Source: an uncultured Gemmatimonadales bacterium (lineage in GTDB: Bacteria > Gemmatimonadota > Gemmatimonadetes > Longimicrobiales > Gaopeijiaceae). From it: a stretch of 64,000 bases of DNA. Location of the stretch: contig CAWGKG010000014.1 in NCBI GenBank assembly GCA_963823035.1, forward strand, positions 224,001 to 288,000. Direction: 5' to 3'. The position numbers were made by a program, and so were the translations under genes. The notes under the pieces were generated by a model. That model was not told where the DNA came from, did no database searches, and worked only from the letters and a program-made list of their open reading frames with translations. This document shows positions 60,863-64,000 of the stretch, piece after piece. Each line of letters starts with the position of its first letter. Within the stretch, counting starts at the first letter, position 1.

Positions 60863-62386
60863 ATGAAGGCTCACAGGGTCCTTTTCCTCTCCCTCCTGGC
60901 CTGGGCGGCCTGCAGCCCGGCGGGAACCGGTGACGGCGCGAGCTCCGGCGGGCGCGTCCGACGCGGGTCGCCGGGCTCGGCTACCGTCCGGACGTGGTCG
61001 TCGTCGTGGTCGACGACCTGCGCTGGGACGAGTTCGGTGCCGCCGGCCATCCCTACCTCGAGACGCCCAACATCGACCGTCTCGCCGCCGAGGGGGCGAT
61101 GTTCGCGAGCTCGTTCCACGCCGTTCCCCTCTGCTCGCCCAACCGCGCCAGCATCCTCACGGGGCAGTACCCTTCCCGGCACGGCATCATCGACAACGTC
61201 GCGCGCAACCTGCTGAGCCACCGGCTCGAGACCTTCCCGCGCGCGATGCAGGCCTCGGGCTACCGCACCGGCTTCTTCGGGAAGTGGCACATGGGCAACG
61301 ACCCGACGCCGCGCCCGGGCTTCGACACCTGGGTGGGGCTTCCCGGCCAGGGCCGCTCGACCGACCCGGAGCTGTTCGAGGACGGCCGCCTGGCCAAGGT
61401 CGAGGGGTACACGACCGACCTCCTGACCGACCGAGCCCTCGCCTTCATCGAGCGTCAGGACGCCGATCGCCCCTGGCTGGTCTACCTCGCGCACAAGGCC
61501 GTCCACCCGGACGTGAAGCAGCGCGACGACGGCTCCGTGGACCCGAGCTCGTCGCTCGGCTACGTACCAGCCCCGCGCCACCGCGGCCGCTACGAGCAAG
61601 AGGTCTTTCCGCGGCGACCCAACGTGGTCGCCTCCGCCGAAGACCTCGACGAGCAGCCCGCGCTGCGCCGCGCGCTCGCGTATCGTGCCAGCCCCGACAT
61701 CACGCGCGAGTTCGGGGGGATCCTCGACCCGGGCACGAGCGAGGAGACGATCCGCCGGCGCGCCGAGATGCTCCTGGCCGTGGACGAGAGCCTCGGGCGG
61801 ATCATGGACGCGCTCGAAGCGCGCGGAACGCTCGACCGGACGCTCATCGTCCTCACGAGCGACAACGGCTTCTTCTTCGGAGAGCACGGCCTCTCGCTCG
61901 AGCGGCGGCTTCCGTACGAGGAATCGATCCGCAACCCGCTCCTCGTCCGCTTCCCGCCGCTGGTCGCCGCCGGCTCGCGGCCGGACGGCCTGGCGCTCTC
62001 GGTGGACATCGCGCCCACGGTGCTCGAGATCACCGACACGCCGATCTCCGATCAGATCCAGGGGCGCTCGCTGGTGCCGCTTCTGGTCGGCCAGGAGCCG
62101 GCCGATTGGCGCAAGGCCGTGCTCGTCGAGTTCTACACGTACGAGAACCCGATGCCCTGGCTGTTGGACATGGACTACCGGATGGTCCGTACCGACTCGC
62201 TGGAAGTACATCCACTGGACGCAGCACCCGGATCTCGACGAGCTGTACGACCTCGAGGCCGATCCCTACGAGATGGACAATCGCTTCGACGACGTGTCGC
62301 TGGCGCCCGTGCGCGCCGACCTGCGGGAGCAGCTCGGCCGGCTGGCCCTGGACGCGATGGGACTCGGGAGCTCGCCCGGGCGATGA
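60863..62386 (+). CDS. Sulfatase, exported (two frameshifts)
   Basis: VVDDLR, LCSPNRASILTG (CxPxR), GKWH, SDNG...GEH and ELYDL..DPYE..N; WAAC lipobox-like. Confidence 0.92.
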
Positions 62387-62425
62387 GCCCGTCGGCGAGC
62401 CTCCACCGCGAGGGCGGCCTCGAGG

Positions 62426-63768
62426 TCAACGTGGCGGGTCCGAGGGCGTCCGAGGCTCGCGGCGTCTACCCACGGACGCTGCGGCTTCTGGAGCGGGCAT
62501 GGCCTCCACCGCCCGAACCCCCTCCTTCGCCTCCGGGAGGATGAGACGGACCGCACGCTTGAAGGAGATGTAGTTCCACGCCCAGTTCACGAGCACCAGG
62601 GCGCGGTTGCGAAAGCCGATCAGCCAGACGATGTGGATGCCCAGCCAGAGCAGCCAGGCGACCATCCCTTGAAGGCGCGCCCGAAGACGTGGGCCACGGC
62701 CGCGTTGCGGCCGATCACGGCCAGCACGCCCGGGTCCTTGTAGCGGAATGGCCTCGGCGGCTTGTCGAGCACCTTGGCCGCGATGTTCTTCCCCACGGCC
62801 CGTCCCTGCTGGATCGCGACCTGCGCGACCTGCGGCAGGGGCTGCCCCCGGTCGTCCTCCCGGTAGGCCAGGTCGCCCACCACGTGGATCTCGGGGTGGT
62901 CCTCCACCTGGAGGTACTCGTTGACGGGCACGCGTCCGGCGCGCGCGACCGGCAAGCCCCACGAGGCCACGGCCGGGTCGCCGTGCACGCCGGCCGTCCA
63001 GACCACCGTCTCCGTCGGGAGCGTCTCGTCCCCCGCGAGGCTCACCGAGTCCGCGTGGACCGCCTCCACCCGCACGCCCGTCCGTACCTGGACGCGTCGG
63101 CGCGCCAGCCGGTCCGCGGCATAGGCGCCGAGCGCATCGGGCATGCCGCCGAGCAGCCTGTCGGTCGCCTCGAGCAGCACGACCTGGATCTCCTCCGCGC
63201 GCAGCCCGGGGTAGTCCCGCTTGAGCGGCCCGTGGATCAGCTCGGAGAGCGCACCGGAGAACTCCACGCCGGTCGGTCCCCCACCCACGACGGTGAAGGT
63301 GAGCAGCCGGCGGCGGCGCTCCGGATCGTCCGTAGCCGCGGCGGCTTCGAAGCAGGTGAGCACGTGGTGGCGCAGGGGGATGGCGTCGTCCATCCACCGG
63401 AGCGGGAAGGCGTGCTCGGCCGCGCCCTCCACGCCGAAGTAGTGCGAGACGCTTCCCATCGCGAGCACGAGGATGTCGTAGGGAAGCGGGCCGGCCGACG
63501 TCTCCAGGCGACGCCCCTCGACGTCGAGCCCGGTCACCTCCGCCATGCGCACCTCGACGTTCTCGGCGTCACGGAAGATCGCGCGCACGGGGTAGGCGAT
63601 GTCCGCGGGCACCAGCTCGGCGGCGGCCACCTGGTAGAGGAGCGGGAAGAAGGTGTGGTAGTTGTTGCGATCCACGAGCACGACGTCCGCGGGCGCGCCG
63701 GCGAGCGTGCGTGCCGCCCACAGGCCGCCGAAGCCGGCGCCCGCGATCACGACGCGCGGTCCCCTCAT
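62426..63768 (-). CDS. ndh: Type II NADH dehydrogenase (frameshift near 62665)
   Basis: GAGFGG, F.PLLYQVA, VGGGPTGVE, WTAG, GD, PQVAQVA.QQG and WL.IH..LIGFRNR. Confidence 0.92.
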
Positions 63769-63772
63769 GGAC

Positions 63773-64000
63773 TCACACCACCGCCATGCCCGGGTCCACG
63801 TCGCGCGCCCACGCCAGAATCCCCCCGCGCAGGTTGTACACCTCGGAGGCGCCGGCACGGCTCAGACGCTCCGCGGCGTCCAGGCTCCGGATCCCACTCC
63901 GGCAGTACACCACCACGGGCCGGTCGCGCGGCACCTCGTCCAGCCGCGCATTCAGGGACCCGAGCGGGATGAGGACGGCGCCCCGACCCTCCAGGTTGCT
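63773..64000 (-). CDS. Rhodanese domain (C-terminus, possibly of MoeB/MoeZ; 5' part off window)
   Basis: Manual translation: GAVLIPLGSL...PRDRPVVVYCRSGIRS...VYNLRGGILAWARDVDP. Confidence 0.8.
   Translation of the reverse strand, partial: SNLEGRGAVLIPLGSLNARLDEVPRDRPVVVYCRSGIRSLDAAERLSRAGASEVYNLRGGILAWARDVDPGMAVV

Overview
High-GC bacterial chromosomal segment. A Gemmatimonadota-like host is inferred from gene content (PadR + duplicated orphan permease pairs, carboxypeptidase-regulatory/plug proteins, Oar-type TonB receptor). Most of the window is housekeeping, envelope and hydrolase genes: fabH, yggX, rocD, nitrilase, M28/M20 peptidases, GH172, nrdJ with a LAGLIDADG intein, murQ, ggt, ccdA, PLD, speB, fur, nrnA, a coaE-PHP fusion, yyaL, fused E1 alpha/beta, sulfatase and ndh. 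From about 29.6 kb onward many genes carry single-base frameshifts, most likely long-read consensus errors. The standout is a lower-GC 7.3-kb island (about 21992-29344) with no intI in the window. It is an integron-like array of five gene cassettes separated by attC-like hairpins, with three unusual properties. (1) Four cassettes are each bounded by their own 15-17 bp terminal inverted repeats starting GTT, much longer than the 7-bp R''/R' match of classical cassettes. (2) A truncated IntI-related tyrosine recombinase of the IS91-associated type is itself packaged as a cassette with its own attC, apparently inserted in inverse orientation at the R'' box of another attC. (3) A complete group II intron (26186-28228) sits in the sense strand inside the L'' box of an attC. 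Its EBS1/EBS2 read the attC R''-spacer-L'' sequence and its 5' end is a non-canonical GAAGCG, so it differs from the known antisense IIC-attC introns.
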